DNA of 64,000 nucleotides from Bdellovibrionales bacterium (GCA_964230645.1 CAXRHT010000002.1:448001-512000); one strand, 5' to 3'; positions 10,753 to 21,562 are shown, counted from the first letter of the stretch. Translations and numbers: made by a program. Notes: generated by a model from the sequence alone, not told the origin.

Positions 10753-11685
10753 TTAAAAGTTTTGACGAGGCCCCACGGGAACAATCCTTTGCGGATTAAT
10801 TTCCTCGTGAGAATAGTGATAGTGCCTTTTAATATGGTCAAAAAATGTGGACTCTCTGACGGCATCAATTTCGTACAAATTTTTGGTGTAGCGAGAGAGG
10901 TTTTTATAATCCTTGATTCTTTGTAGGTTGCATTTGAAGTGGCCAAAGTAAACGGGATCAAACCTGAGGAGTGTTACCACAAGTCGGATATCCGCTTCGG
11001 TGAGCTGGTCACCCACAAGGTAGTCCTTTGATTCCAGGCGGTTTTCTAATTCATCAAGAGTTTTAAAAAGCTTTGTCACCGCTTCTTCGTAGACGTCTTG
11101 TTCTTTGGCAAAACCGGATTTGTAAACACCGTTGTTAACATCGTGATAGACTTGTTCGTTAATTGCATCGATCTCTTCACGCAGGCTTTCGGGGTAATAG
11201 TCCTTTTTATCACCTGTGATTTCATTAAAAGCGGAATTAAAAATACGGATAATTTCTGAGGACTCGTTGTTAACGATACTGTTGGTCTTCTTATCCCAAA
11301 GAACCGGAACCGTCACTGTGGTCGAAACATTAGAATCAGCCTTTAAATAAACGTCTTTTAAATGATCGAAACCATGCAAAGAGTCTCCCGTGGATCCTGG
11401 AAAGTCTTTACTAAAAGACCAACCATATTCAAGCATATCGGGGTGAACCACATCCACACTGATGTGATCTTCTAGTTTCTTTAACTTTCTAAAAATGAGA
11501 GCACGAGTGGCCCATGGACATGCGTAGGAGACGTAGAGATGATAGCGGCCCGACTCCGGTTTATAGGTCTTGTGATCAGGACTGATTTTATCAAGAAAAG
11601 ATCTAGGCACGCGGTCATAAGCTCCGCTGTCGTCACTTGTTATTATACTTGTTTTAACCCATTCTCCATCGACCAAACGGCCCAT
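10753..11685 (-). CDS. yqjG: glutathionyl-hydroquinone reductase (Xi-class GST)
   Basis: MGRLVDGEW, YHLYVSYACPWA, TVPVLWDK, NNESSEI. Confidence 0.92.
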   Translation of the reverse strand: MGRLVDGEWVKTSIITSDDSGAYDRVPRSFLDKISPDHKTYKPESGRYHLYVSYACPWATRALIFRKLKKLEDHISVDVVHPDMLEYGWSFSKDFPGSTGDSLHGFDHLKDVYLKADSNVSTTVTVPVLWDKKTNSIVNNESSEIIRIFNSAFNEITGDKKDYYPESLREEIDAINEQVYHDVNNGVYKSGFAKEQDVYEEAVTKLFKTLDELENRLESKDYLVGDQLTEADIRLVVTLLRFDPVYFGHFKCNLQRIKDYKNLSRYTKNLYEIDAVRESTFFDHIKRHYHYSHEEINPQRIVPVGPRQNF

Positions 11686-11696
11686 AATATTCTCCT

Positions 11697-12575
11697 TTAT
11701 TGTTTTTCTTGTACTAATTGTCCCATTTTGCCAGCTTCAAAATCATTAATCGCCTCAACGATCTCCGCTTTGGTATTCATGACGAAGGGTCCGTAGGCCA
11801 TGATCGGCTCGTCAATGGGCTCACCGTTAAGAACTAAAAAGTGGGAGCCTTGACTGAGCTGCATCGACACCGATTCTCCCGCTTGACTCAAAACACCCAC
11901 TTCGCCCTCTTTGAGGCTTTGATCAAAAACTTTGGAAGAGCCCTTTAACTGCACAATCAAGGTGTTGTAATTTTCCGGAAGTTTAAATTTAAGGGTTTGA
12001 TCCCCCTCACTAAAAACTTCATAGATATTAATCGGAGTAAAGGTTTGGGCTGGGCCCTTGTGACCTTCATAATCTCCAGCCACCACTTTGAGTTTTCCCT
12101 TTTCGAGTTCGACCACTGGGAAGTCTTCTTTGTTCATTGACTGATAACGAGGTTTTGTCATTTTATGTTTTTTAGGGAGATTGACCCAAAGTTGCACCAT
12201 CTCAAAAGTTCCCCCTTTGCCGGTGAAATTTTTCGAGTGAAACTCCTCGTGCACGACTCCTGAGCCGGCTGTCATCCACTGCACACCACCGGTGGTGATC
12301 GTACCACCACCGCCACCAGAATCACGGTGATCCACCTCACCTTGAATGGCAAAAGTCACCGTCTCAAATCCTCTATGGGGATGGGTTCCAACACCCTTTT
12401 TCTGGGATGAGGGTCTGAAATCTTTGGGACTTGCGTGATCGAGTAATAGAAAAGGAGAGATTTTTCTGGCGTCCTCAGAATGCATAGAAAACAGAGTGCT
12501 GACGTAAAATCCATCACCAACCCAGTGCTTTTCCCGAGGGGCTATTACTTTTTCGATTGATTTAGAGGGTTTCAT
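11697..12575 (-). CDS. pirin family protein
   Basis: PFLLLD, HPHRGFETVT, WMTAGSGVVHEE, GPFVMNT. Confidence 0.93.
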   Translation of the reverse strand: MKPSKSIEKVIAPREKHWVGDGFYVSTLFSMHSEDARKISPFLLLDHASPKDFRPSSQKKGVGTHPHRGFETVTFAIQGEVDHRDSGGGGGTITTGGVQWMTAGSGVVHEEFHSKNFTGKGGTFEMVQLWVNLPKKHKMTKPRYQSMNKEDFPVVELEKGKLKVVAGDYEGHKGPAQTFTPINIYEVFSEGDQTLKFKLPENYNTLIVQLKGSSKVFDQSLKEGEVGVLSQAGESVSMQLSQGSHFLVLNGEPIDEPIMAYGPFVMNTKAEIVEAINDFEAGKMGQLVQEKQ

Positions 12576-12660
12576 TTTTAAGAACTCCTTCTCGTTCTAT
12601 TGATATAGCGATATTGTAGCGGAAAATGATCTTAAAAAAAGAACATATTTTGTCTACTTT

Positions 12661-12678
12661 TGTTCACATTTTAGAACA
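12661..12678. promoter_or_regulatory. palindromic operator TGTTC-N8-GAACA (LysR-type T-N11-A) upstream of pirin
   Basis: Perfect 5-bp inverted repeat about 90 bp upstream of the pirin start. Confidence 0.4.
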
Positions 12679-12698
12679 TGTTGGTTTGAGCGCAAACC

Positions 12699-12949
12699 TG
12701 TCATTCTGAGCTCTATGTCATCCTGAGCGCAGGACCTTTGTCATCCTGAGCGCAGGGCCTTTGTCATCCTGAGTGTAGGGCCTTTGTCATCCTGAGCGTA
12801 GCGAAGGATCTTACGTCTTGAACGGAAACATGTTGCATCAAGGAAAAAACTTGTCGTCTTAAGCGAAGCGAAAGACCTAAGATCCTTCGCTGCGTTCAGG
12901 ATGACATATGTGCGCTTAGGATGACAGAGGCCCGACGCTCAGGATGACA
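12699..12949. repeat. REP-like locus A: TGTC-tagged hairpins with flanking tandem partial copies
   Basis: Partial unit at 12699, 23-bp units at 12716, 12739 and 12762, full hairpin 12785-12812, second hairpin 12852-12878, inverted hairpin 12879-12906, inverted partial units ending 12926 and 12949. Confidence 0.92.
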
Positions 12950-13032
12950 TAGACGCTAGGTTCTGTGCTTAGGGATGAGTTTTGCTCTGAACTCTTTTGT
13001 GCTTTATTCTTTTAAAACTCAAAGGAAAGTTT

Positions 13033-14055
13033 ATGAAGCCATGGTGGCTGCCTGTTTTTATCATTCTCTTATGTTTTAAAGCCCAAACTCTTGAGGCCTC
13101 CCCCTACCTCAGACACTTTCCCGAGGAGGTTCAAAAAAGACTCGCTCCTCATATTCAGGAAGGCCAATACCAAGGGGTCGATAACAAAATAAACCACTTC
13201 ACTTATTTTGAGGATTTAAACAATAAGATCACCACCCCTTTGATTTTAGTAACGGGTCTTGAAGATCCCATTCCTCTTTGGTTTCTCACTGTTGAGAAAG
13301 CCCTAGCCTTTGGTTTTCAAAGAATTGCAGTGGTCGAAATCCGCGGACAGGGACAATCGGAAATGGTTCTCCCTGGAAAGAGACTGATTTACATTCAAGA
13401 TTTTGATAACTATGTGAAAGACTTTTTGAGCTTTCTCAAAAAAATGTTCCTGCTGGGGCCGGAGTGGCTGGAACCAGCCTTTGTGGTGAGCCATTCCACC
13501 GGCGCCCTTGTGGTTGCAAATGCCCTTCCACGCTGGGAGAAAGAATTCCCCAAAACCTATCCGCGCAAACTGGCCTTCTGGACGCCCTTTTTCAAACTTA
13601 AAATAAGTCCTCTCATTAATAACACTCTTGTTAGGGGCTTTTTAAAAACCGTGGACAGTAGCCTCTCTTATTTTAGTTCTCCATTTCTTGTTCGACATTA
13701 TAAGCCTAAAGAATTTAGAAAAAACTCGATCACGACGGATCAAAAGAACTTCGCACTTTCGCAGACAATGAAATTTGACGAAGGACTTGGAACAGAAGGC
13801 CTGAGCCTTCACTGGGTCCTCGAAACTTTAGAGGCTATTGATGTCTTTCGAGAAAATCAGAAAAACTGGCTGCAGGTGCCTACACTTTTATTCAAAGCTG
13901 AAATTGAGCAGATTGTGGATAACAACTATGACTTGGAAAATCCTTTTGTGAAAGAGGTTTTTGTTAGTCATGCAAAGCATGCTCTGAATTTAGAAAAACC
14001 TAAAACACTTTCAAAAGTAACTAAAAAAACTTTTGAGTTCTTCTCTAAAGAATGA
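13033..14055 (+). CDS. alpha/beta hydrolase (PldB/lysophospholipase-like)
   Basis: RGQGQS, SHSTG nucleophile elbow, C-terminal His (AKHAL); signal peptide; ATG 13033 after AAGGA. Confidence 0.8.
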   Translation: MKPWWLPVFIILLCFKAQTLEASPYLRHFPEEVQKRLAPHIQEGQYQGVDNKINHFTYFEDLNNKITTPLILVTGLEDPIPLWFLTVEKALAFGFQRIAVVEIRGQGQSEMVLPGKRLIYIQDFDNYVKDFLSFLKKMFLLGPEWLEPAFVVSHSTGALVVANALPRWEKEFPKTYPRKLAFWTPFFKLKISPLINNTLVRGFLKTVDSSLSYFSSPFLVRHYKPKEFRKNSITTDQKNFALSQTMKFDEGLGTEGLSLHWVLETLEAIDVFRENQKNWLQVPTLLFKAEIEQIVDNNYDLENPFVKEVFVSHAKHALNLEKPKTLSKVTKKTFEFFSKE

Positions 14056-14080
14056 AGCCCCCCTCAAAGGAAGGGGGCTT
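14055..14080. terminator. putative terminator hairpin between convergent genes
   Basis: AAGCCCCC...GGGGGCTT stem immediately after the hydrolase stop; U-tails are short. Confidence 0.5.
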
Positions 14081-14100
14081 GAAAACTCTTGTTCAAAGAT

Positions 14101-15057
14101 TTAAGGATTCACTTGAGCTCTAATAGAGATCTCATTTTCATTGGAAATATTCTCAAGGCTAAAACTTGTTGTCACAGCCGCTCCGTTGGCAATAGTGGCT
14201 GCAAGAATCTTCAAGGTAAAGGGAGCTGGATCAAAATCAGGAACAGGCTCTACAGAAATCACAGCCCTGTGAATACCATCATTTAAGATCATTGCCGGAT
14301 CAATATAGTCTTGCCCAGGAAATGGCGGAGCTGCATTCGGTCCTTTAGCCATTCCTGCTCCGTCACTATCAGCACCACTGGCTTGGTCGAAAACTCCGGT
14401 TGAAAAAACCTCTCCAGTTTGGGTGTTTACAATCCAACCCTCGTAAGCAAAGGTTTCTGGAAGAGTAGGAAGCTCCAAGCTAGGATTGCCATTATCTACG
14501 TACCAGATCCCCTGATTGTGAGTGCTGGGACCATTGGTAGGAGTAGCTAGAATGTAGGTTCCTATGGAATCGATAAAACTCGCCCCCACGGCACCGGGTG
14601 CTTGCAACTGGGCCATGGCAACAGAGTCTTCAAAAGATCCCTCGAGGTAATGGATAGCACTGGGCCCCGGGTCCGTATCGCCATCAGGCTCAATTGTTAA
14701 GACGAAAGCTTGCAAAGTTGACGGATCATCATCAAGAGAAAAAGAAGCTTCATCACTCTCACTTAAAACCGAAAGAACTTCACCCTCGGCATTCACAGCT
14801 ACAATTTGGCCTTGGTCATTGATATTAAAACGTCCAGTCGAAGTGACTCCATTAGAGCCAACAGCCCAGCCTTCATAGTGCTGACCACGAGTGGGCTCAA
14901 TATTGTTTAACTTTAACTGAATTTGCTCACCGGTTGCTTGATTGCCTCCACCACTAATCGGTGAAGCTGTTTCGTCAGCACCACAGGCTGCCACCAAACA
15001 AAAGACGGGTAGGGCCAGCCATTTTTTCATCTGTTTTGTTATTTCTATGTTTTGCAA
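14101..15057 (-). CDS. lipoprotein with duplicated RskA-C-like ('YEGW') domains
   Basis: TTG start after GAGGAGG; lipobox VAAC; two YEGW...STGxF...(T/S)xEP repeats. Confidence 0.7.
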   Translation of the reverse strand: MQNIEITKQMKKWLALPVFCLVAACGADETASPISGGGNQATGEQIQLKLNNIEPTRGQHYEGWAVGSNGVTSTGRFNINDQGQIVAVNAEGEVLSVLSESDEASFSLDDDPSTLQAFVLTIEPDGDTDPGPSAIHYLEGSFEDSVAMAQLQAPGAVGASFIDSIGTYILATPTNGPSTHNQGIWYVDNGNPSLELPTLPETFAYEGWIVNTQTGEVFSTGVFDQASGADSDGAGMAKGPNAAPPFPGQDYIDPAMILNDGIHRAVISVEPVPDFDPAPFTLKILAATIANGAAVTTSFSLENISNENEISIRAQVNP

Positions 15058-15371
15058 TTTTTCCTCCTCGTTTTTTTAATTCAACACCTCCTCATTCTTT
15101 GAATGTGTGACCAATGTGACCAAAAATTCCTGCTGCCATCCGCACTGTTAGGATTCACCACTTATTTCAGGCACTTGAGGTATATTCAAAATAGATATAC
15201 CGATATTACTTTAAGATTAAAGCCTCTTTCGCCTTCCAACCGTCCTAATATTTTGACAATCTCACTGATGTCCTCAATGTAGCTTTTACAGATCGAAGAC
15301 AATGACCTGAATTTTCACAGCCGATCCGATAGACCTTGAGGTAGCAAAACAGTCATTAAGGAGTTCCACCA

Positions 15372-16613
15372 ATGAAGACCATTTCTCAGTATTGTATTTA
15401 TGTCTTTTTCTTTTTAAGCGCGACACTTGCCTTTGCCAGTGACCATATTGATGGCGCCCCCACCTTAACCAACGGGCAAGCGGATCTGACGGACCTCTAT
15501 GCTTTTCCGAGTCCCCATGACCCAGAAAACCTGACTTTGATTCTTAACACCTATCCAGGAGTTAGTAGAAAGGGTCACTTTTCTAAAAAAGTTAAGTATC
15601 AATTACAAATGCGCCCACTGGCCCTTAATACTCCTGAAAAATTCGGTTTTAAGGTTTTTAACTTTGATGTGTTAACTTTGGACTGCTCCTTCACCGACCC
15701 CGCTCACCATCACTGGAACCCCCTCAAACAAAGCGAAGAGAGTAAAGTTCATTGCCAACTCAAAAAGGACGGACAGCTTCTAACAGAATTGTACGGGTCT
15801 GTTGGAGAAACTTTAAAAAACGACTCCTTAAAAATCTTTACGGGTCCCCGCACCGACTCATTCTTTCTTTCTGTTCCTCATTTTCAAGGGGTCACTAAGA
15901 GAGAGGGGTTCCCCGAGGCCGATGATCAATTGCAGAACGCCATGTACAGCCTTAATATTCTCAGTATCGTCGCTGAACTTGATCTCGAATCTCTTGATCT
16001 AGACCCAGCACTGTTAGGAATTTCCGCTCAAAGTCTTGATTCCGAAAGCGAACAAGGCATTGACAGAGTAGGACGACCTGAAATCACCAACCTCAGTCTT
16101 CATGCCTTCGACGGAGCAGAAAAGCTCAAGCGCTTCTACAACAAGCTACCTCCTTTTGCTGTCTCAGAAAAACAAAAACAGGTGTACCAGCAGCGTATGA
16201 TAGAAAACATCGCGGCCTATGACCAATTCGACAACAACGAAGACTGGAACGAGGCTGACCTTGAAAAACTAACCCATCTGCTTAGCAACGACTTTCTAGT
16301 GATCGATCTTTCTCAAAGTTGCCAAAAAGACTCTCAATCCTACCTTTCCATTGAAAAGTCACTCCTTGGCGATCCCACAGCCGAGACCTGTGGGGGGCGC
16401 TACCCCCAAGAAGATATTATGGCCTATATGATGGCTCTTTACATCGGAGGAACTCACACTCCTTTTCAAGAATACTCATCCGGTGTGAACGTCCCCTACA
16501 AGAACAATGAGTCCGCAGCACTTAGTGAAAACTTTCCTTACTTACCACCCCCGAGTAAAACAAGCCTTAAACAGAAGGCACTGCTGCAGCTCTTGATTTT
16601 TGCTCAAGAATAG
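15372..16613 (+). CDS. DUF4331 family secreted protein
   Basis: ASDHxDxP, ADLTDLYAF, GPRTDSFF, DRVGRP, GGR and FPYL motifs; AAGGAG RBS. Confidence 0.82.
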   Translation: MKTISQYCIYVFFFLSATLAFASDHIDGAPTLTNGQADLTDLYAFPSPHDPENLTLILNTYPGVSRKGHFSKKVKYQLQMRPLALNTPEKFGFKVFNFDVLTLDCSFTDPAHHHWNPLKQSEESKVHCQLKKDGQLLTELYGSVGETLKNDSLKIFTGPRTDSFFLSVPHFQGVTKREGFPEADDQLQNAMYSLNILSIVAELDLESLDLDPALLGISAQSLDSESEQGIDRVGRPEITNLSLHAFDGAEKLKRFYNKLPPFAVSEKQKQVYQQRMIENIAAYDQFDNNEDWNEADLEKLTHLLSNDFLVIDLSQSCQKDSQSYLSIEKSLLGDPTAETCGGRYPQEDIMAYMMALYIGGTHTPFQEYSSGVNVPYKNNESAALSENFPYLPPPSKTSLKQKALLQLLIFAQE

Positions 16614-16671
16614 GGAGACACTAATTCTCTTCTTTTCAAATATCTAAGAAATTTTGGCTAAGGGAAAAATC

Positions 16672-18421
16672 ATGAAACTCTTTTTATTAATCTCCTCTCT
16701 TTTTGTAATTATCAGTTGTGCAACCACTGGCGACAAAACAACCTGGGTTAGTGAGTCCGATGAAATCGCAAAGGCTTTTACCCTAGAATTTGCTGAACTC
16801 TCCCCCGAAATGGGCTCAGGCTTTGGCTACAAGAGGTTTGATAAAAAAGGAAGCCAACCTTCAGCCAAAATGGAGCAAAAAAAACAGGGAAAAATTAAAG
16901 AAATGGCAGAAGCGCCTCAATAACGAACTCAATCAACAAAAAGATAAAAACGTGCAAGTGGATCTTAGTATTCTCTTACGCAATATTGAGCGAACTTTGA
17001 AGTGGCAACAAATGGAAGAAGAGTTGGGGATGATTCCATTCTATGAGGCGAGCCACAGTGTTTACTCTTCTCTTTTCCAACTGATCAATCCGCAATCCCC
17101 TGAGCAAAGAAAAAAGGACGCGGTCTCGCGCTTTAAATACTATATGTCAAAAAAAGACAAACCCACTCTCATTGGAGCTTATCTTGCCGAGATAAAAAGA
17201 CATGAGAATAAATTTAAAGGGCAAAAGAAATTTTATCCTTTTAGAGGAGAGATTCAAAAGTACCTTTCCGACTCACCTTCCTACACAGAAGGTGTCAGAA
17301 AAATGCTCGAAAAAAGTGGGCGAGACGACTGGAAAAAGGAATTTGCACAGTTTAAAAAAGAGGTTTCTCAATACGATGAATATGTAAAAAGCAAACTTCT
17401 CCCAAAATCCAGAAAATCACCGATGTACCCTATAGAGGTTTACCAATATGTGTTGAAGGGAGTTGGGGTTGAAACACCACCCCAAGAGCTGATCAAAATT
17501 GGACAAAGAGAATATAAAAAACTCTATAAGCGTTACACAACGCTTGCTCAGAAAATAGCAAAGAAAAATAACTTAGCCAAAAAAGATCCATTATCTGTCG
17601 TTAAATACCTTAAAAAGAATATCATTGCTGATCCTGAAAAAGTGGAAGCTCTTTACAATAAGACGGCCGATCGATTGGAACGACTCATTCGTGAAAATAA
17701 CATCGTCACCCTCCCCTCCAAAAAACTAAAGATTCGTTTTGCTGGTGAGGCAGAGAGTAAGGCCAGCCCGGTCCCCCACCTCAATCCCCCACCCCTTCTA
17801 AACAACGATGGAATTCTTCCGGAATTTGTAGTTCCCACAGCAAAATCAGGGCATCTTCCCTTTGATGACTTCAGCTATAAAAGTGCAGCGGCTATATTGA
17901 CGGCGCACGAGGGAAGGCCGGGCCATGATTTGCAATTTAGCCGAATGATTGAAAGCCCTGTTTCCATTATACGTGCTCGCTACGCCATGAATTCCGTTAA
18001 CGTCGAAGGTTGGGCGGTTTATGCCGAAGACTTGGTTTACCCCTACTTTACGGAAGAAGAAAAATTTGTGGCCACTCAGATGCGCCTTTGGAGAATCGCG
18101 CGCTATTTTCTTGATCCAATGGTGCAAACCGGAAAAGCCGACAAAAACAAAGTCATAAAAACTTTCAATAAAGAATTGGGTGTTTCAAAAGAAATGGCTG
18201 TTCTCGAGTACAACCGCTACGCCTTTCGCAGTCCAGGTCAGGCCACTGCTTATTTCGAGGGGCTTTTGAATATTAGAGAGATCAAAAAGGACCTTGAGGC
18301 CAACTACGGCTCCATCGATCCCAAATGTTTCCATGACACTCTTCTCTCTTTTGGTTTACTGCCCCACTCGAAAGTGAGGCATTTTTCGGGTCAGTTTAAG
18401 AAATGTCAGGCCAAAAAATAA
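16672..18421 (+). pseudogene. DUF885 family lipoprotein split by a one-base frameshift at an A8 run (16877-16884)
   Basis: The 5' ORF has signal peptide and lipobox IISC; the 3' ORF has HEGRPGH, EGWAVYAE and PGQATAY. Removing one A fuses them (MEQKNREKLKKW). Span 1750 = 3n+1. Confidence 0.8.
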
Positions 18422-18424
18422 TTC

Positions 18425-21400
18425 TTAGGTCCCAGCCTCACGTTTACGTCCACGAATATCGTCAAAAATGGCAACAAAGGCTGGGAGAAAGAAACTCGAC
18501 AGAACTGAACCGATTAACATTCCCCACCCGAGTGCCAGCGCAATAGGAACGACAAAGGGGTCTAACCCACCTATACCGTAGGCTGTGGGAAGAATTCCGC
18601 ACACAGTTGTTAGGGTGGTCAAGACAATGGGGCGAAGTCTTTTCTGGCCAGCGGTCACAATACTTTCGAAAAAGTCAGCACCCTTTTTTCTTTCAAAAAT
18701 CACAAAGTCCACAAAGACAATGGAGTTATTTACGATGACTCCTGCCAGTGCCACCACCCCAAGCATTCCCATAAAACTTAAAGGCTCACCATGAAGGAAC
18801 AAAGCCCAGGAAACGGAGATGACTCCAATAGGAATCACTAAAATAATAATCAAAGGCCATACGAAACTTTGAAAGGTTAAAATCAAAAGAAAGTATATTA
18901 AGACAAGAGCCAGGATAAAAGCTCTGAAAAGAGAATCGAGACTTTCTTTAGTATCCTCATCCTCTCCCCCGAAGGCCAATGAAAGATTCGGTCGCCCCTT
19001 AAGATAGGTGTCTTGTTTTTCGCGAATGCGATTACTAACCTCAGTGGCTGAAATCTTGTCAATGTTCACATCGCCTGTGATCGTCACTTGTCGCTCGTTA
19101 TTCATATGCGAAAAGGACTCAATCCCTTTTTCAGATTCAAAGTCGGCAATAGCATCAAGTCGAATCAATTGCCCAAAAGGGTTGAGAATTTTTAACTCAC
19201 TTAACTTAGTGCCCTCTTTTTTCTCGGCTTCAGGTAAAGAGACCCGGATATCGATTTCATCATTGAGGTCTTGAATACTTGTGGCCTCAATCCCCTCGTA
19301 AGCCGCCATCACCGTCATTCCCACAGTTTGGGCATTCAATCCTACAGAGCGAGCTTCATCAGACTTAACCCTCACTATGACCTGGTCTTTTCCTTCTGAA
19401 AAATTATTGGTGATGTCTTTTGTCCCCTCCATGGCTTTGAGATCTTTTTCAATTACATCGACAAGCTCCATAATCTCATCGTAGTTCTCGCCACGCACAC
19501 CAATATTAATGGGGGCACCCACAGGTGGGCCGGGATTAATTCGTTCAAAAAAGACTTCAAGATTTTCCGTCTCTTCCATGCCGCTACGAAGCGCTTCAAT
19601 AATTTCTGCGGCCGTCCTGGATCGCTCGGTTTCAGCGGTCAAATAAACTTTGAGCATTGCGAGGTGACTGCCTCGTTCGGAAGGCTGATCCTCCCTTTGG
19701 CGCATCTCACCAATGGTTGTGACAAAGTTTTTAAGTTCCACTTCTGGCAAATCAAGAATCATTTTTTCAAGAGGTTTTACCAAGTCTGTGGTCTGCTCAA
19801 GACTCGTTCCAATCGGCGCTTTGGCTTTAATAATAAACTGATCAATACCTTCGGGTGGAAAGAGAACGACCTTCATATTTTTAGACACGTTAAAGATAGA
19901 ACCTACGATGAGGGCTACAAAACCGAGGAGGGCGAGGTAGCGAAAACGAGTGATGACCTTTAATAAAGATCCATAAAGATCAATCACCCTTGTCCAGAAG
20001 CGATCAAAAGCCGCTTTAAAACCGCGTTCCGGTTTTTCAACGTCTTTTAAAGTCACCCAACGACCAATATGGTATGGGAGGACAAAATAGCACTCAATAA
20101 GAGAAATCATCAAAGCACAGATCACTCCCAGTGGAATGTAGCTGACAAATTTCCCGAAAATCCCTGTCATAATCGTCATTGGGAAAAAGGCCAAAGCGGT
20201 TGTCATTACTGAGGCAAAAATAGCGTTCCATATCCTTTGGGTACTATTGATTGCCCCTTGCATAGGATTTGCGCCCTCTTCCATTTCTCTCACCGCATTT
20301 TCAGTCACCACGACCGCATCATCCACAAGCATACCAATCACAATAATAAGCCCCATCATGGTGATCAGGTTAAGACTGATGTCTTGGACTTGAAAAAAGG
20401 TCATCGTACCGAGAAAAGAAAAAGGAATACCGATCGCAGTAACAAGCGAGACTTTCCAAGGAAGAAACAAACTTAAAACTACCACAACTAGAACAAGTCC
20501 AACGAGGAGATTATTTGATAAGACCCCAAGGCGGCGGCGAATGAGCATGGACATATCATTGACCACTTCAAAATCGATATTTTTAATTTTTTCCGGATTG
20601 AGTTTTTCAGCTCTTGAGCTTAGTGAAACTTCCGAGCCTGGCAGAAGACTCTTCACGGTATCGATCATATCAATGGCATCCGCATTTTCTTTTTTCATAA
20701 CAACCAGGCGGATTGACTCCTCACCATTGACCCTGTGAGCCAGCTGCTCCTCTTTAAGGCCCATAAAAACATTGGCCACATCGCCTAGAACAATAGAACG
20801 TCCTAAATCATTAGAGCGAATAACCGTCTTTTCAACATCCTCTACATTTTCAAACTGTCCGTCGGTTCTGAGGATGACGTCCTGTTCGATCCCTTTGGTT
20901 ATTTGAGTGAAGGTTCCACCGGGAATGGAAACATTTTGCTCACGTAAGGCCTGCACAACTTCCATGAGAGAAATCTGATAGCGTTGTAGGTTTTTAGCAG
21001 AAATCTCCACTCGTATTTCGTACTCTCTCTCACCGCGCACATCCACACGGGCCACACCCTTTACCTTTTCAATCTCCGTTTCTACATAACGGGCGGCTTC
21101 TTTCAGCGCAAAAGGGTCTTTCCCTCCCGACATGGTCACTTCCACAATCGGGACAATTTTTGATTCAAGAGCTGTGACCTCGGGGTCCTCGGCCTGTTCT
21201 GGTAGTTCATCAAAGCGATCCACCACCTCTTGCACATCCGTTTTGGCCTCTTCTTGTGTGGTTTGATCGGGGTCTAGCTGAATAACAATGACACTGAGGC
21301 CTTCAATCGAGGTGGAGAACATTTTTTTAATACCATCGACTTCTTTGAGATCTTGCTCCAAAGGATTGGTGATTAGTTTTTCAACCTCACTGGGAGCGGA

Positions 21401-21562
21401 ACCGGGGAAGTAAGTGTAGATAGTAACCACATCGTACTGAACATTGGGAAACACCTCTTTTTTGATCGTGATCATGGAATAAAGTCCAATACCGATAACA
21501 AGAAATGTGAGAAGTTCCGAAAAAAGCCCCTGTCTGGCGAAAAAAGCAATCAGCCTATTCAA
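18425..21562 (-). CDS. RND efflux permease (AcrB/AcrD/AcrF family)
   Basis: 1045 aa; IGMLVDDAVVVTEN and RLRPIVLTTLTT motifs. Confidence 0.95.
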   Translation of the reverse strand: MNRLIAFFARQGLFSELLTFLVIGIGLYSMITIKKEVFPNVQYDVVTIYTYFPGSAPSEVEKLITNPLEQDLKEVDGIKKMFSTSIEGLSVIVIQLDPDQTTQEEAKTDVQEVVDRFDELPEQAEDPEVTALESKIVPIVEVTMSGGKDPFALKEAARYVETEIEKVKGVARVDVRGEREYEIRVEISAKNLQRYQISLMEVVQALREQNVSIPGGTFTQITKGIEQDVILRTDGQFENVEDVEKTVIRSNDLGRSIVLGDVANVFMGLKEEQLAHRVNGEESIRLVVMKKENADAIDMIDTVKSLLPGSEVSLSSRAEKLNPEKIKNIDFEVVNDMSMLIRRRLGVLSNNLLVGLVLVVVVLSLFLPWKVSLVTAIGIPFSFLGTMTFFQVQDISLNLITMMGLIIVIGMLVDDAVVVTENAVREMEEGANPMQGAINSTQRIWNAIFASVMTTALAFFPMTIMTGIFGKFVSYIPLGVICALMISLIECYFVLPYHIGRWVTLKDVEKPERGFKAAFDRFWTRVIDLYGSLLKVITRFRYLALLGFVALIVGSIFNVSKNMKVVLFPPEGIDQFIIKAKAPIGTSLEQTTDLVKPLEKMILDLPEVELKNFVTTIGEMRQREDQPSERGSHLAMLKVYLTAETERSRTAAEIIEALRSGMEETENLEVFFERINPGPPVGAPINIGVRGENYDEIMELVDVIEKDLKAMEGTKDITNNFSEGKDQVIVRVKSDEARSVGLNAQTVGMTVMAAYEGIEATSIQDLNDEIDIRVSLPEAEKKEGTKLSELKILNPFGQLIRLDAIADFESEKGIESFSHMNNERQVTITGDVNIDKISATEVSNRIREKQDTYLKGRPNLSLAFGGEDEDTKESLDSLFRAFILALVLIYFLLILTFQSFVWPLIIILVIPIGVISVSWALFLHGEPLSFMGMLGVVALAGVIVNNSIVFVDFVIFERKKGADFFESIVTAGQKRLRPIVLTTLTTVCGILPTAYGIGGLDPFVVPIALALGWGMLIGSVLSSFFLPAFVAIFDDIRGRKREAGT

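Noticed and set aside
16654..16923. 89-aa ORF as an independent gene
   Set aside because: It is the N-terminus of the frameshifted DUF885 gene.
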